NCBI GenBank assembly: GCA_026389415.1
Contig: JAPLHX010000190.1
Span: 1-38,673 of the forward strand
Length of the DNA stretch: 38,673 nt
From: Coprothermobacterota bacterium
GTDB lineage: Bacteria > Caldisericota > JANLFM01
Direction: 5' to 3'
This document shows, in pieces, positions 24,699-33,474 of this stretch. How positions within the stretch are numbered: position 1 is the stretch's first letter; every line of letters begins with the position of its first letter. The notes below the pieces were generated by a model. It made no database searches. It saw nothing but the letters and a program-made list of their open reading frames with translations, and had not been told where the DNA came from. A program made the position numbers and the translations under genes.

Positions 24699-27040
24699 TA
24701 CTGATCACCCTTCCGTTCGCACAGCGCTTGGAGAAACCGTTCCGGTGTAATCGGCAGACGAGTGAAACGAATTCCTGAGGCATTGAAGATGGCATTGGCA
24801 ATGGCCGACGCCACAGAGTTCCCCGCCGCCTCACCCAATCCTTTAGCGCCGAATGGGCCGGAAGGTTCATACGTGTTTGCGAAATACGTTTGGAAATCCT
24901 TGATGTAGGGCATCTCGTTCGTGGAAAAGATCTTATTGTCCGTGATGAAACCCTGACATAGCAGTGCACCAGAGTCTGGATCATTCTCGGTCTCTTCGCT
25001 TAGAGCATAGCCACCGTACCGCATCAGCGACCCTTCCAGCTGCCCGGCTGCCAAATCCGGATTGATGAGGGTGCCACAATCCGCCAGTGAAACGGCGCGA
25101 GCAATGCGAATGATTCCCGTCAGCGTGTCCAGCTCCACTTCCACGAAATTGGTGACGAAAGACGGTGGGCAATTCTTTTGACGGTAACTACCACTACCCA
25201 TCGCTGTGCCCCAACCGTTGACCATTGCCATGCGTGCCACTTCTGCCAGGGACATTCGCTTCACATTGGAACCGATGGACTGGACCGCGGTCTCTGCCAA
25301 TTTTGAATCGAAGACCATCTCCAATTGTTGCGGAAATTCACCCAATAGGCGCCCGGCAAAATCCAAGATCATTGTCTTGGCTTGCTGGGCAGCTTGCAGC
25401 ACGGCAGCTCCACCAACATACGTCCCGCGGCTGGCGTGCGTACAGACGTCATAACAAGTGGTGGTTGTATCCACGGCGGACAATCCCACCTTGTCCAGCG
25501 GTACTTGAAAAACCTCAGCCGCGATCTTTGCATGAGCGTCATTGGTGCCCCCACCAAGGTCCTGCAGCGGAGTTATCACATCAAGCGATCCATCCTCATT
25601 GACCTTGACTGTGGCAGAAGAGAGATCGACCACTTCTGCCGGCAGGGGCGAGCCGGCGCCGGACGTGTGAAAGCCGCGGGCCAAGCCGATGCCACGGCGG
25701 TATCGGCCGCTTTTTACTTCTGGCATTTGGCGACGATCCCAACCGATCCATTCCGCTCCGACGCGCAAGGTTTCTTCTACGCCGCAGCTCTTGATGATCG
25801 ATCGTACCGTAGGCCCCTGTCCCCAGAACTCATCTCCCGCTCCGACGTAATTCAACAAACGAAACTCAATCGGGTCAAACCCGCATTGGTGTGCAATCTC
25901 ATCGATGAGGGACTCCACGGCAAAGTTCATTTGGGGGTTGCCATAGCCCTGCATGGCACATGTAGGCACTTTGTTGGTGTAAATCGCTTTGCCTTCGTAC
26001 TGAATGTTTTTCCACTTATAGAGGGAAACCATCCAACCACAAATGCTGCCCAGGTACGGATAGGCTTGGATTTGGTGAGCACCGATATCCACCAGCACAT
26101 CGGCAATCACCCCCTGAATGGTCATGTCCCCATTCACGCCAATTTTCAGATGAATCTGACTGGGGTATTTGGTGTGAGAGTAGAAATCTTCCTCACGGGA
26201 AGAGACCAGTTTCACTGGCCGCATAGCTTTGAGGGCAAGAGCGGCGCAGATTGGAATCACGGTGTTCATTTGGATTGAGGAGCCAAAGGATCCGCCCAAG
26301 GGGGTTTTTTTAACTTTGACCTTGCTCATGGGGAGGGAAAAAATCCGGGCTAGCAAATGGCGCACATTATGGATGGACTGGGTCGTACACCAGACCGTGA
26401 CTCCTCCATCAGGGTCCGGTCGAACCACTGCGGACTTGGTTTCCATTTGATGGTGATAGACCCGAGGTAAGGAGTAGTTCCGTTCGAAGACAAAGTCACT
26501 CTGTGCCAAAGCTTGGAAGGCGTCACCCACGGTGATCTGGCGTTGACAGGCGATGTTGTTTGAAACAGCGACGACTTCATCACCAAAGAAAACTTCTTGA
26601 TAGAGGGAAGGGCTGGTTGCACTCTGTGCGGCCACCGGGTCAAGAACGGCCGGTAGAAGCTGATAGTTCACCTTCAGCGCAGACAAGGCTCGAAAAGCCA
26701 ACTCCTCGCTGGGAGCAGCCACTGCGGCAATCGGCTCCCCCACGTGGCGAGCCACCCGCGGCAGCACACGCCGATCCCGGTAGGTGCGGGCCGGTACGCT
26801 GACGGTACGTTCGTTGTAAAACAAATCCGGCACATCGTCCGGGACAAGGACCACCGCGCCCATGGCTTCTGCCTCGCTCGTGTCAATGGCAAGGATCTTT
26901 GCGTGCGGGTGGGGACTGCGAAGACAGAGAGCGCTCCACATCCCCGGGAGCGTGATATCCTGGGTAAACCGCTCGGCGCCGGTCACTTTTCCAATCCCGT
27001 CCTTGCGGGGAGTGACTGTTCCGATCGTGGTGAAGCTCAT
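24698..27040 (-). CDS. molybdenum hydroxylase set 2, molybdopterin-binding large subunit (xanthine dehydrogenase/aldehyde oxidase family)
   Basis: 780 aa with N-terminal IGKVTGAERFTQDITLPGM, GGSFGS, the variant active-site block TCAMQGYGNPQMNFAVES, and C-terminal PFGAKGLGEAAGN containing the catalytic Glu. The start overlaps the stop of the other large subunit as ATGA. Confidence 0.85.
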   Translation of the reverse strand: MSFTTIGTVTPRKDGIGKVTGAERFTQDITLPGMWSALCLRSPHPHAKILAIDTSEAEAMGAVVLVPDDVPDLFYNERTVSVPARTYRDRRVLPRVARHVGEPIAAVAAPSEELAFRALSALKVNYQLLPAVLDPVAAQSATSPSLYQEVFFGDEVVAVSNNIACQRQITVGDAFQALAQSDFVFERNYSLPRVYHHQMETKSAVVRPDPDGGVTVWCTTQSIHNVRHLLARIFSLPMSKVKVKKTPLGGSFGSSIQMNTVIPICAALALKAMRPVKLVSSREEDFYSHTKYPSQIHLKIGVNGDMTIQGVIADVLVDIGAHQIQAYPYLGSICGWMVSLYKWKNIQYEGKAIYTNKVPTCAMQGYGNPQMNFAVESLIDEIAHQCGFDPIEFRLLNYVGAGDEFWGQGPTVRSIIKSCGVEETLRVGAEWIGWDRRQMPEVKSGRYRRGIGLARGFHTSGAGSPLPAEVVDLSSATVKVNEDGSLDVITPLQDLGGGTNDAHAKIAAEVFQVPLDKVGLSAVDTTTTCYDVCTHASRGTYVGGAAVLQAAQQAKTMILDFAGRLLGEFPQQLEMVFDSKLAETAVQSIGSNVKRMSLAEVARMAMVNGWGTAMGSGSYRQKNCPPSFVTNFVEVELDTLTGIIRIARAVSLADCGTLINPDLAAGQLEGSLMRYGGYALSEETENDPDSGALLCQGFITDNKIFSTNEMPYIKDFQTYFANTYEPSGPFGAKGLGEAAGNSVASAIANAIFNASGIRFTRLPITPERFLQALCERKGDQ

Positions 27041-29331
27041 CGTTTTCCTTCCGGTTTTTGTGCAATCGCCATCCGAATCTTCTCTGGTGTCACCGGCAGG
27101 TCTGCAATGCGGACGCCTACGGCATCCTCGATCGCGTTCACCAGAGCGGGGGCAATTCCAACCATCGGTGGCTCTCCAATTCCCTTTGCTCCATAGGGTC
27201 CCACCCCCGATCCGCTCTCCAGCAGAATCACTGTAATATCCGGCACATCTACCGCTGTCGGTATCAGGTATTCGGCAAAGGAAGGAGTCTGGATCACACC
27301 ATTATGGATTGCCATGTCCTCAAAAAGGGCATAGCCTACTCCTTGAATGCAGCCACCCTCGATCTGGCCTTCCACGATTGCAGGATTGAGTGCTTTTCCC
27401 ACATCGAAGGCAGCGACGATCTTGTTGATCTGGACTTGACCTGTTTGCTCGTCTACTTCCACTTCTGCAGCGTAGGCACCGAAAGTGAAATCCGGATGCG
27501 TTTGACCCTGCAAAACCTCTGAAGCAGGAATATCGGTGAAGGGTGCATTGAACTGGGCTTCGACAAACAACTCTTCCCCTTCGCCGGACAGACGATTGAT
27601 CACTTCGACCAGGGAAACACCCTCTTTTCGGCTAGATTCGACCTCAATCCGGTTTAGAGTGATGATGAGGTTCTCAATTGGGACGTTTAACAGTTGACCG
27701 GCCTTAATCAAAAGTCGCTTTTTCAGCTCGTTAGCAGCCTTCAGCGTGGCATTGCCCGACATCATCAATTGGCGAGTGGCCGTGGTGGTTCCGGCGAGCG
27801 GAGTTAATTGTGAGTCGGTAATGTGCAACTTGATGCGTTCCAGGGGAACTCCCAGTTCTTGGGCGACGATTTGGCACAGAATATGTCCCTGTCCGCCCCC
27901 CACGTCCGGTACGCCACAGCGGATGATGGCCGAACCGTCCAGCTCAAGCTTGATATAGGAGCGAGAGGTGTCGTGTAAAAAAGTCAAACGGCCATAACTA
28001 CCCATTCCGATCGCTACACCTCGACCCAACTTTCTGCCGCCCTCTGCCGATCCCAGGGGTCCTAAGCCCGACCAAGCCTTTTGGGCAAGCTCCGTCAAGG
28101 GGATGGGTCTCTCGTAAATCCAGCCGGTGGCGAACGCCTCTCCTGTCTGCAAATAGTTACGCTCGCGGAATTCTAACGGGTCCAGACCCAAGATATGCGC
28201 CAACTTCTGTATTTGAGACTCATAAGCAAAGTTGGCTTGTGGTGCACCGAAACCGCGAAACGCTGACGTAATTGCGGTATTGGTCATCACCGCATAGGAG
28301 TCAACCTTCACGTTTGGTATCTGATAAGGCCCCGCAGCGTTTACAGTGGCATAGAGCAAAACCCAAGGTGACAAGGCTGAATAAGCACCACAATCCGAAA
28401 TCAAGCGAGCTTGCAGGGCTACCAGTTTCCCATCTTTGGTAGCACCCGTCTTGTATTCCATCTGAAATGGATGACGTTTGCAGTGGTAGAGCAAAGATTC
28501 TGCCCGGGTGTATGTCAATTTCACAGGCTTGCGTGTCTTCCATGCCAGCAGCGCCAGATAAGATTCCACTGTAATGTCTTCTTTCCGACCGAAACCGCCC
28601 CCGATCCAGGTGCCAAGATATCGAACCTTGCTGTGGGGGAGATTCAGAATCTCCGCTACTTCGCGGAAGTGCTCAATCACTTGGCTGGATACGCGGATGT
28701 TGATGGTTCCATCATCGTCACTCCAAGCCAATCCTGATTCAGGTTCAAGGTAAGCATGATCTTGATAGGGTACCCTGTAGGTCCCCTCCACTATCACGTC
28801 CGCTTGGGCAAAACCCTGATCCACATCGCCTTGGCGGATTTTAAAGTGAGATGCGATATTGTTTGGTTTTTCTCCCACCTGACGGGAACCTGGCTCCATG
28901 GCTCCAACGGAATCAAATACACCTGGAAGTGGTTGCAGATCGACTTCAATTAACTGGCAGGCTTGCTCGGCAAGGTCGGGCGATTCCGCTGCCACCAGTG
29001 CGATGGGCTCGCCATAGTATCGCACTTCCTTTTCGGCCAAAACTCGATAGAGCCCCTCGAACTGGCCGCCTACATCGGTGCTTTGGCCGAAACGCGCTCG
29101 AAGATTGTTATTGGGCACATCCTTGGCGGTGATTACTGCATGAACCCCAGGTAACTGCTCCGCTCGCTCGGTCCGCACACCAAGGAGAATCGCAGCCTGT
29201 ACTTTGGCCCGAAATACTTTGCCATAGAGCATGCCGGGCAGCGTGAAATCATCGGCATATTGCAGCAAACCACTGGCTTTGGGCCCGGCATCGTATTTGG
29301 GCACGCTCTGGCCAATTACACGATCCTTCAT
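27037..29331 (-). CDS. molybdenum hydroxylase set 1, molybdopterin-binding large subunit (xanthine dehydrogenase/aldehyde oxidase family)
   Basis: ORF trimmed to ATG 29331 (MKDRVIGQSVPKYDAGPKASG), preceded by GGGAGGTGG and 1 nt after the FeS-subunit stop. It has GGGFGRKE, TSAFRGFGAPQANFAYES and PYGAKGIGEPPMVG. Confidence 0.85.
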   Translation of the reverse strand: MKDRVIGQSVPKYDAGPKASGLLQYADDFTLPGMLYGKVFRAKVQAAILLGVRTERAEQLPGVHAVITAKDVPNNNLRARFGQSTDVGGQFEGLYRVLAEKEVRYYGEPIALVAAESPDLAEQACQLIEVDLQPLPGVFDSVGAMEPGSRQVGEKPNNIASHFKIRQGDVDQGFAQADVIVEGTYRVPYQDHAYLEPESGLAWSDDDGTINIRVSSQVIEHFREVAEILNLPHSKVRYLGTWIGGGFGRKEDITVESYLALLAWKTRKPVKLTYTRAESLLYHCKRHPFQMEYKTGATKDGKLVALQARLISDCGAYSALSPWVLLYATVNAAGPYQIPNVKVDSYAVMTNTAITSAFRGFGAPQANFAYESQIQKLAHILGLDPLEFRERNYLQTGEAFATGWIYERPIPLTELAQKAWSGLGPLGSAEGGRKLGRGVAIGMGSYGRLTFLHDTSRSYIKLELDGSAIIRCGVPDVGGGQGHILCQIVAQELGVPLERIKLHITDSQLTPLAGTTTATRQLMMSGNATLKAANELKKRLLIKAGQLLNVPIENLIITLNRIEVESSRKEGVSLVEVINRLSGEGEELFVEAQFNAPFTDIPASEVLQGQTHPDFTFGAYAAEVEVDEQTGQVQINKIVAAFDVGKALNPAIVEGQIEGGCIQGVGYALFEDMAIHNGVIQTPSFAEYLIPTAVDVPDITVILLESGSGVGPYGAKGIGEPPMVGIAPALVNAIEDAVGVRIADLPVTPEKIRMAIAQKPEGKR

Positions 29332-29332
29332 G

Positions 29333-29908
29333 CTAGCCACCTCCCAGCAGCAAATACCCAGCCTTGGCCTTCTCCTGATCCGTCGCAGTCGGATTGGGAG
29401 AATCAAGTGAATCCGCTGCTTCCGAGACAAAAGCTGTCTTCCCGGCTACCGCTGCGATCGCATCAATAATCTTTTGATAGCCGGTACAGCGGCAGAGATT
29501 CCCAGCAATGCCTTGGCGGATCTCCGATCGAGTCGGTGTTGGCTTGATCCTCAGCAGGTTATAGGCAGCCATCAACATGCCTGGTGTGCAAAACCCGCAT
29601 TGGATGGCTCCATGTTGTATGAAACTGTCTTGTAGGTTTGCCATGAGGGCATCCCGTCCTAAGCCGCGGATCGTGTACACACGTTTTCCGTTCGCTTGCG
29701 CTGCTAAAACCAAACATGATTTGACCATCCGGCCATCGAACAAGACGGCACATGTTCCACAATCTCCCCGCCCACAACCGCATTTGACTTCAGTAGCAAG
29801 CGCTCTGTGCCGCAAGAAGTCCAACAAAGACTCGCTTGCTCCAGCTACGGCTTGAAAGGGTTGATCGTTTAAGAAAATGGTAATCATCGATTCCGTTAAC
29901 TGATCCAT
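29333..29908 (-). CDS. molybdenum hydroxylase set 1, [2Fe-2S] small subunit
   Basis: 191 aa with CGCGRGDCGTC, QCGFCTPG and CRCTGY, plus a C-terminal tail of about 35 aa not found in set 2. GGAGGAGCA lies upstream of the ATG. Confidence 0.85.
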   Translation of the reverse strand: MDQLTESMITIFLNDQPFQAVAGASESLLDFLRHRALATEVKCGCGRGDCGTCAVLFDGRMVKSCLVLAAQANGKRVYTIRGLGRDALMANLQDSFIQHGAIQCGFCTPGMLMAAYNLLRIKPTPTRSEIRQGIAGNLCRCTGYQKIIDAIAAVAGKTAFVSEAADSLDSPNPTATDQEKAKAGYLLLGGG

Positions 29909-29917
29909 TGCTCCTCC

Positions 29918-30766
29918 CTACGCTAGAGCTTTGCGCATGGCTTGTTTGAATAAAGCGTCGGCGAGCATAACGCGATACTCCCTTGAGCCACGCAAGTCGC
30001 TGATGGGGTGAAGTTCCGACTGGGCAATAGCGGCCGCCTTCGCAAACACTGATTCATCCGGCACTTGGCCGCATAAGAACGCTTCAGTTTGGGTCGCACG
30101 CAGCGGCACAGGGGCTAGGGCACCAAACCCAACCCGTGCTGCTTGGAAAGTGTCGGTTCCTTTCAGAAGCACACCACAATTGGCCACAGAGATTACCATT
30201 GCTTGGCGTAAACCGAACTTGATATAGGCACCTTGGTAAGAACTCGTGCTGTGAAAAAACAGGGAGGTGACCAACTCTTCCGGTGCCAGAACGGTCTCTC
30301 CCGGGCCGCGGAAAAATTGGGTAAGCGGAATTTCCCGACGCCCTTTTGCTAAACTCTCTGCAATCAGGGTCGTTTCCAATAAAAGCAATGGAACGGCGGT
30401 ATCGGCTGCAGGTGAAGCATAAGCTAGATTGCCTCCAATGGTGGCTCGATTTCGCACCAATGGGTCCCCGAAGACCTGGCAGGCCTGCCAGAGCACATTG
30501 GCCTGTTCTCGAATCGTGCGACTGGCCGCCAGGTCACTGATTAAAGTCAGACTCCCCAGGAAAACCATATCGCCTTCCATTCGGATACCGCTCAGTTCAT
30601 CTAAGCCGGTCACATCAACCAATACGCAGTCCTTCACTTTCCCCGCTTGTATGTCCGGTAGGACGTTGGTTCCACCCGCAATCACTTTGGCACGACCAGC
30701 GTAATCGTGGATCACTTTCAATGCCTCAACAAGGTTTCTTGGGCGGTAGTAGCTTATTGCATTCAA
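29918..30766 (-). CDS. molybdenum hydroxylase set 1, FAD-binding medium subunit
   Basis: ORF 29918-30787 trimmed to the second TTG (30766; MNAISYYRPRNLVEALKV), which lies 8 nt after AAGGAGGG. It has IAGGTNVL and ATIGGNLAYASPAADTAVPLL. Confidence 0.8.
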   Translation of the reverse strand: MNAISYYRPRNLVEALKVIHDYAGRAKVIAGGTNVLPDIQAGKVKDCVLVDVTGLDELSGIRMEGDMVFLGSLTLISDLAASRTIREQANVLWQACQVFGDPLVRNRATIGGNLAYASPAADTAVPLLLLETTLIAESLAKGRREIPLTQFFRGPGETVLAPEELVTSLFFHSTSSYQGAYIKFGLRQAMVISVANCGVLLKGTDTFQAARVGFGALAPVPLRATQTEAFLCGQVPDESVFAKAAAIAQSELHPISDLRGSREYRVMLADALFKQAMRKALA

Positions 30767-30794
30767 TCGAATATCCCTCCTTTCCAATGGTGCG

Positions 30795-30823
30795 ATTATA
30801 TGTCAACAAATTTGAAATATAAA
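30795..30823 (-). promoter_or_regulatory. candidate promoter of the twin Mo-hydroxylase operon
   Basis: Minus-strand reading: TTTATA (30823-30818), a 17-nt spacer, then a perfect TATAAT (30800-30795), about 30 nt upstream of the TTG start. The -35 element is weak. Confidence 0.35.
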
Positions 30824-30834
30824 TAAAGCACTGC

Positions 30835-30863
30835 TTGAACATTGTCTCGGATCTTCTTACACT
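30835..30863 (+). promoter_or_regulatory. candidate promoter giving a leaderless regulator mRNA
   Basis: TTGAAC (30835-30840), a 17-nt spacer, then TACACT (30858-30863). Only 6 nt (AACATC) follow before ATG 30870, and there is no SD sequence. Confidence 0.4.
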
Positions 30864-30869
30864 AACATC

Positions 30870-31424
30870 ATGAAGAAGAATGGTATCGCACAAAGCTTGC
30901 ATCGCATTCGAGCTGGGGCGGGCCTGTCTTTACAGGAACTTGCTGGAAAGACGGGGTTATCATTGCCATATCTGTCACGCGTAGAAAATGATAAAGCCAA
31001 CATCAGTGTTGTCAACTTGCGCTTGATTGCGAATGCTTTGGGAGTCCCGTTGGCGACGTTTTTTATGGACGAAGCCCAATCAACAATCAAATTATCCAGC
31101 AAATCGCAACATCGAAAGCTAGTTCTAAACGTTTGCAATGGAAGGAAAGTGACGGAAGAATGGCTTCTTACGGATCCGGAAGCCAAACTCGAACCAGCCA
31201 TCATCACAATGCCGTCTGGAACATACAGCAATCCTCTCTCCCACGAGGGATTTGAATTCATTTGGTTGATATCAGGGGAGATCTCGTATGCCGTAGGCTC
31301 GGAAACCTATCAGCTGGTCCGAGATGATGTATTGTATTATCCAGCCCTGTTGTCTCATCATTTCGCAAACGACGGCAAGAAGAAGGCTGTGTTCTTGGTT
31401 GTAGCCACACCTTGGTCGTATTAA
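30870..31424 (+). CDS. XRE-family HTH plus C-terminal cupin transcriptional regulator (PuuR-like architecture)
   Basis: 184 aa with the HTH_3 block LHRIRAGAGLSLQELAGKTGLSLPYLSRVENDKANISVVNLRLIANALGV and a cupin half (HEGFEFIWLISGEISYAVGSETYQLVRDDVLYYPALLSHHFAN). Confidence 0.8.
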   Translation: MKKNGIAQSLHRIRAGAGLSLQELAGKTGLSLPYLSRVENDKANISVVNLRLIANALGVPLATFFMDEAQSTIKLSSKSQHRKLVLNVCNGRKVTEEWLLTDPEAKLEPAIITMPSGTYSNPLSHEGFEFIWLISGEISYAVGSETYQLVRDDVLYYPALLSHHFANDGKKKAVFLVVATPWSY

Positions 31425-31454
31425 TTCTTTAGATTGCGTGTCTGTTGTTTAATC

Positions 31455-33260
31455 CTAGGTTGTAACCCTGAGAAAAAACTCGATCGCTTTTCGATCCACT
31501 TTCAGCCTTTCCAGCGTTGACAGTGTGGGTACTCCATCGGAGTCCCATCCGCGAAGCTGATAGTATTCATCCAACGCTTCCAGGTACGCATCCTCCGGGA
31601 TAAATACACCGGCTGGTGGTCCTTCTTTCAACGCATCCCGATGAATTCGCTGGGGCATTAAATCATCCTTGCGGCGGAACCCCTCAGCCAGATTAAAGAT
31701 ACGGGCCATATTCCAGATGCGGTCGCCAAGGTTTTCTAGGTCGGCTACGGAATCGTTGCGACCCGTAACCAGGTTTAGCACTTCAGCCTGGATCTCTGGG
31801 CTTGCGGCCCAAAAATCGCAAAAGATCATCGCGTATTTATAGGTCGATGCGTCCTGCAGTTCCTTCATCAGTTTCGCTTTCCCTTCGAAGGTGAGCGGGG
31901 GGTAAAGGGTGTCGAAAGCTTCCTTCCCGACCGGCCAGCCCCGGTTGTGATCCGCACCGCGATCGGCGGTCCCATAAGCTAAAGACATCGTCCAGGAGCC
32001 GCGAGGATCGTACCCGGGGAATTCCTGACCTTTTACGTGCATGGCAAATTCCTGGCCGCCATATTTTTGGGATAGATATTTGACCCCGCGGGACAGCTCA
32101 GCGCCGATATCCCTGAGTTCCGCCACCAAAGTTGGCACTTTAAGATATTTCTCAACTTCACCAAAGCGAATGCCGAAGTCATGAATCCCCCGCTCGGTCA
32201 TTTCCATGGCGAACGCCAGGGTCCCCCCCAAAGACATCGTATCAATCCCCAGGCCGTCGCAGAGCTCATTGAATTCTGTGATTGCTCGTAGTTCAAATAT
32301 GCCACAGTTCGAGCCGCATAAAGCAATCGTTTCGTACTCTGGCGCTTCCCGCACAGCACCATCCTCAAACTGCATCACTCCCCGACAGCCTAGGCGACAC
32401 CCCAAGCAAGCCCGGCGCCCAACGCGGAGTTTTTTGATTGCCTCCGTATCCACCTGGGCGTAAGAGGCCGCAGTACCCTGTTGAAAATTACACACCGGAA
32501 GAAGCCCCGCGTCTTGCGCCAAACCCACCAAAATCGGAGTGCCATCGGTGCGTACCCATTCATTGTCGGGGGAATCAGCGCTTTCATGGTGGATTTCACG
32601 GATTCGCTGGTAGAAAAGAGCCTCATCGGCAAGGGGTGTCTTCTTCGTCCCCTCCAGGTAGATTGCTTTGAGCTTCTTGGATCCAAATACGGCTCCGATC
32701 CCACCTCGACCGGCTTGACGAGTGGATTCGGAAGTTACGCAAGCCATTGGTATCAGGTTTTCGCCGGCCTTTCCGATGGCCAGCACAACCCCTTTCTTAC
32801 CGTGCCTATGCTTGAGAGTTCTTTCTACATCGCGCGCATCCTGGCCCCAAAGATCTTTGGCCTCACGGATCTGCACATCGTCTTCATGGACATAGAGATA
32901 AACAGGGGCCGTAGCAGCTCCTTCTACAATGATGCCATCGTAACCGGCCCGCTTTAGAGCATAGGAGCAAGCCCCACCGATGTAGGAATCGGAAAGCGTC
33001 CCGGTCAAGGGGGATTTGGCGATCAAGACTAGCTTGGCCGTAGTAGAGACCGTCGTGCCTTGGAGGGGACCGGTCATTAGGATCAGCTTGTTTTGGGCAG
33101 AGAGAGGGTCGGTTTTTGGTGGGACTTCATCCAGCAGATAGCGCAACCCCAGGCCCTTGCCTCCGACGTATAGATCGAGCCACTCTTCGTTGGGCCGTTC
33201 ATGGCTGATCTTTCCAGTCGTTAAGTTCACTCGCAGTAGATTGTTGTGGTAACCAAACAT
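31455..33260 (-). CDS. aor: aldehyde:ferredoxin oxidoreductase (AOR family, tungsto-/molybdo-pterin plus [4Fe-4S])
   Basis: ORF trimmed to ATG 33260 (MFGYHNNLLRVNLTTGKISHE), preceded by GGAGG. It has the AOR N-terminal domain and the cluster motif CLGCRLGCRG (CxxCxxxC). It also has GADHNRGW and YAMIFCDFWA. Confidence 0.85.
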   Translation of the reverse strand: MFGYHNNLLRVNLTTGKISHERPNEEWLDLYVGGKGLGLRYLLDEVPPKTDPLSAQNKLILMTGPLQGTTVSTTAKLVLIAKSPLTGTLSDSYIGGACSYALKRAGYDGIIVEGAATAPVYLYVHEDDVQIREAKDLWGQDARDVERTLKHRHGKKGVVLAIGKAGENLIPMACVTSESTRQAGRGGIGAVFGSKKLKAIYLEGTKKTPLADEALFYQRIREIHHESADSPDNEWVRTDGTPILVGLAQDAGLLPVCNFQQGTAASYAQVDTEAIKKLRVGRRACLGCRLGCRGVMQFEDGAVREAPEYETIALCGSNCGIFELRAITEFNELCDGLGIDTMSLGGTLAFAMEMTERGIHDFGIRFGEVEKYLKVPTLVAELRDIGAELSRGVKYLSQKYGGQEFAMHVKGQEFPGYDPRGSWTMSLAYGTADRGADHNRGWPVGKEAFDTLYPPLTFEGKAKLMKELQDASTYKYAMIFCDFWAASPEIQAEVLNLVTGRNDSVADLENLGDRIWNMARIFNLAEGFRRKDDLMPQRIHRDALKEGPPAGVFIPEDAYLEALDEYYQLRGWDSDGVPTLSTLERLKVDRKAIEFFLRVTT

Positions 33261-33474
33261 TGGCTTGCCTCCAGCGATTAATAAAGTAGATTCTCTCATG
33301 GGCTATGCTGTCATCCCAAGGCTCACCTCGGCCATCAGCAGTGCCGGCGAATCCAGCTACAATGATCTCCGTATGGCACCAATCCGACCGCGGTTTGCCA
33401 GGACATGCTGCCGCAGGCTGTTAACTTGAACCGTTGGCAGCCTGACTGCCATTTAGATGCCGGGTTTTGCCTCA

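Noticed and set aside
25382-26278. 298-aa plus-strand ORF, with neighbours 25206-25602, 26744-27196 and 27058-27522, inside the Mo large-subunit genes
   Set aside because: These ORFs are fully nested antisense to CDSs with strong family motifs. Their translations are Arg/Gly/Ala/His-rich with no recognisable motif and no SD sequence. They are typical shadow ORFs of GC-rich coding DNA.
29332-29430. Arg-rich N-terminal extension of the Mo large subunit (MSRKQRIHLILPIRLRRIRRRPRL...), which could be mistaken for a Tat signal
   Set aside because: The extension lies entirely inside the coding sequence of the upstream FeS subunit in another frame. A strong GGGAGGTGG SD plus ATG at 29331 gives the canonical MKDRVIGQSVPK start. 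There is no hydrophobic h-region or signal-peptidase site.
33261-33474. Moco/Tuco riboswitch upstream of the AOR gene, and likewise upstream of the Mo-hydroxylase operon at 30767-30869
   Set aside because: I could not find the conserved core as I remember it, namely a CCUCCGAG-type 5' element and a 3' GGAAAGGAG-type element sequestering the RBS. The 30.8-kb spacer is too short. The identity is not established without a covariance-model search.
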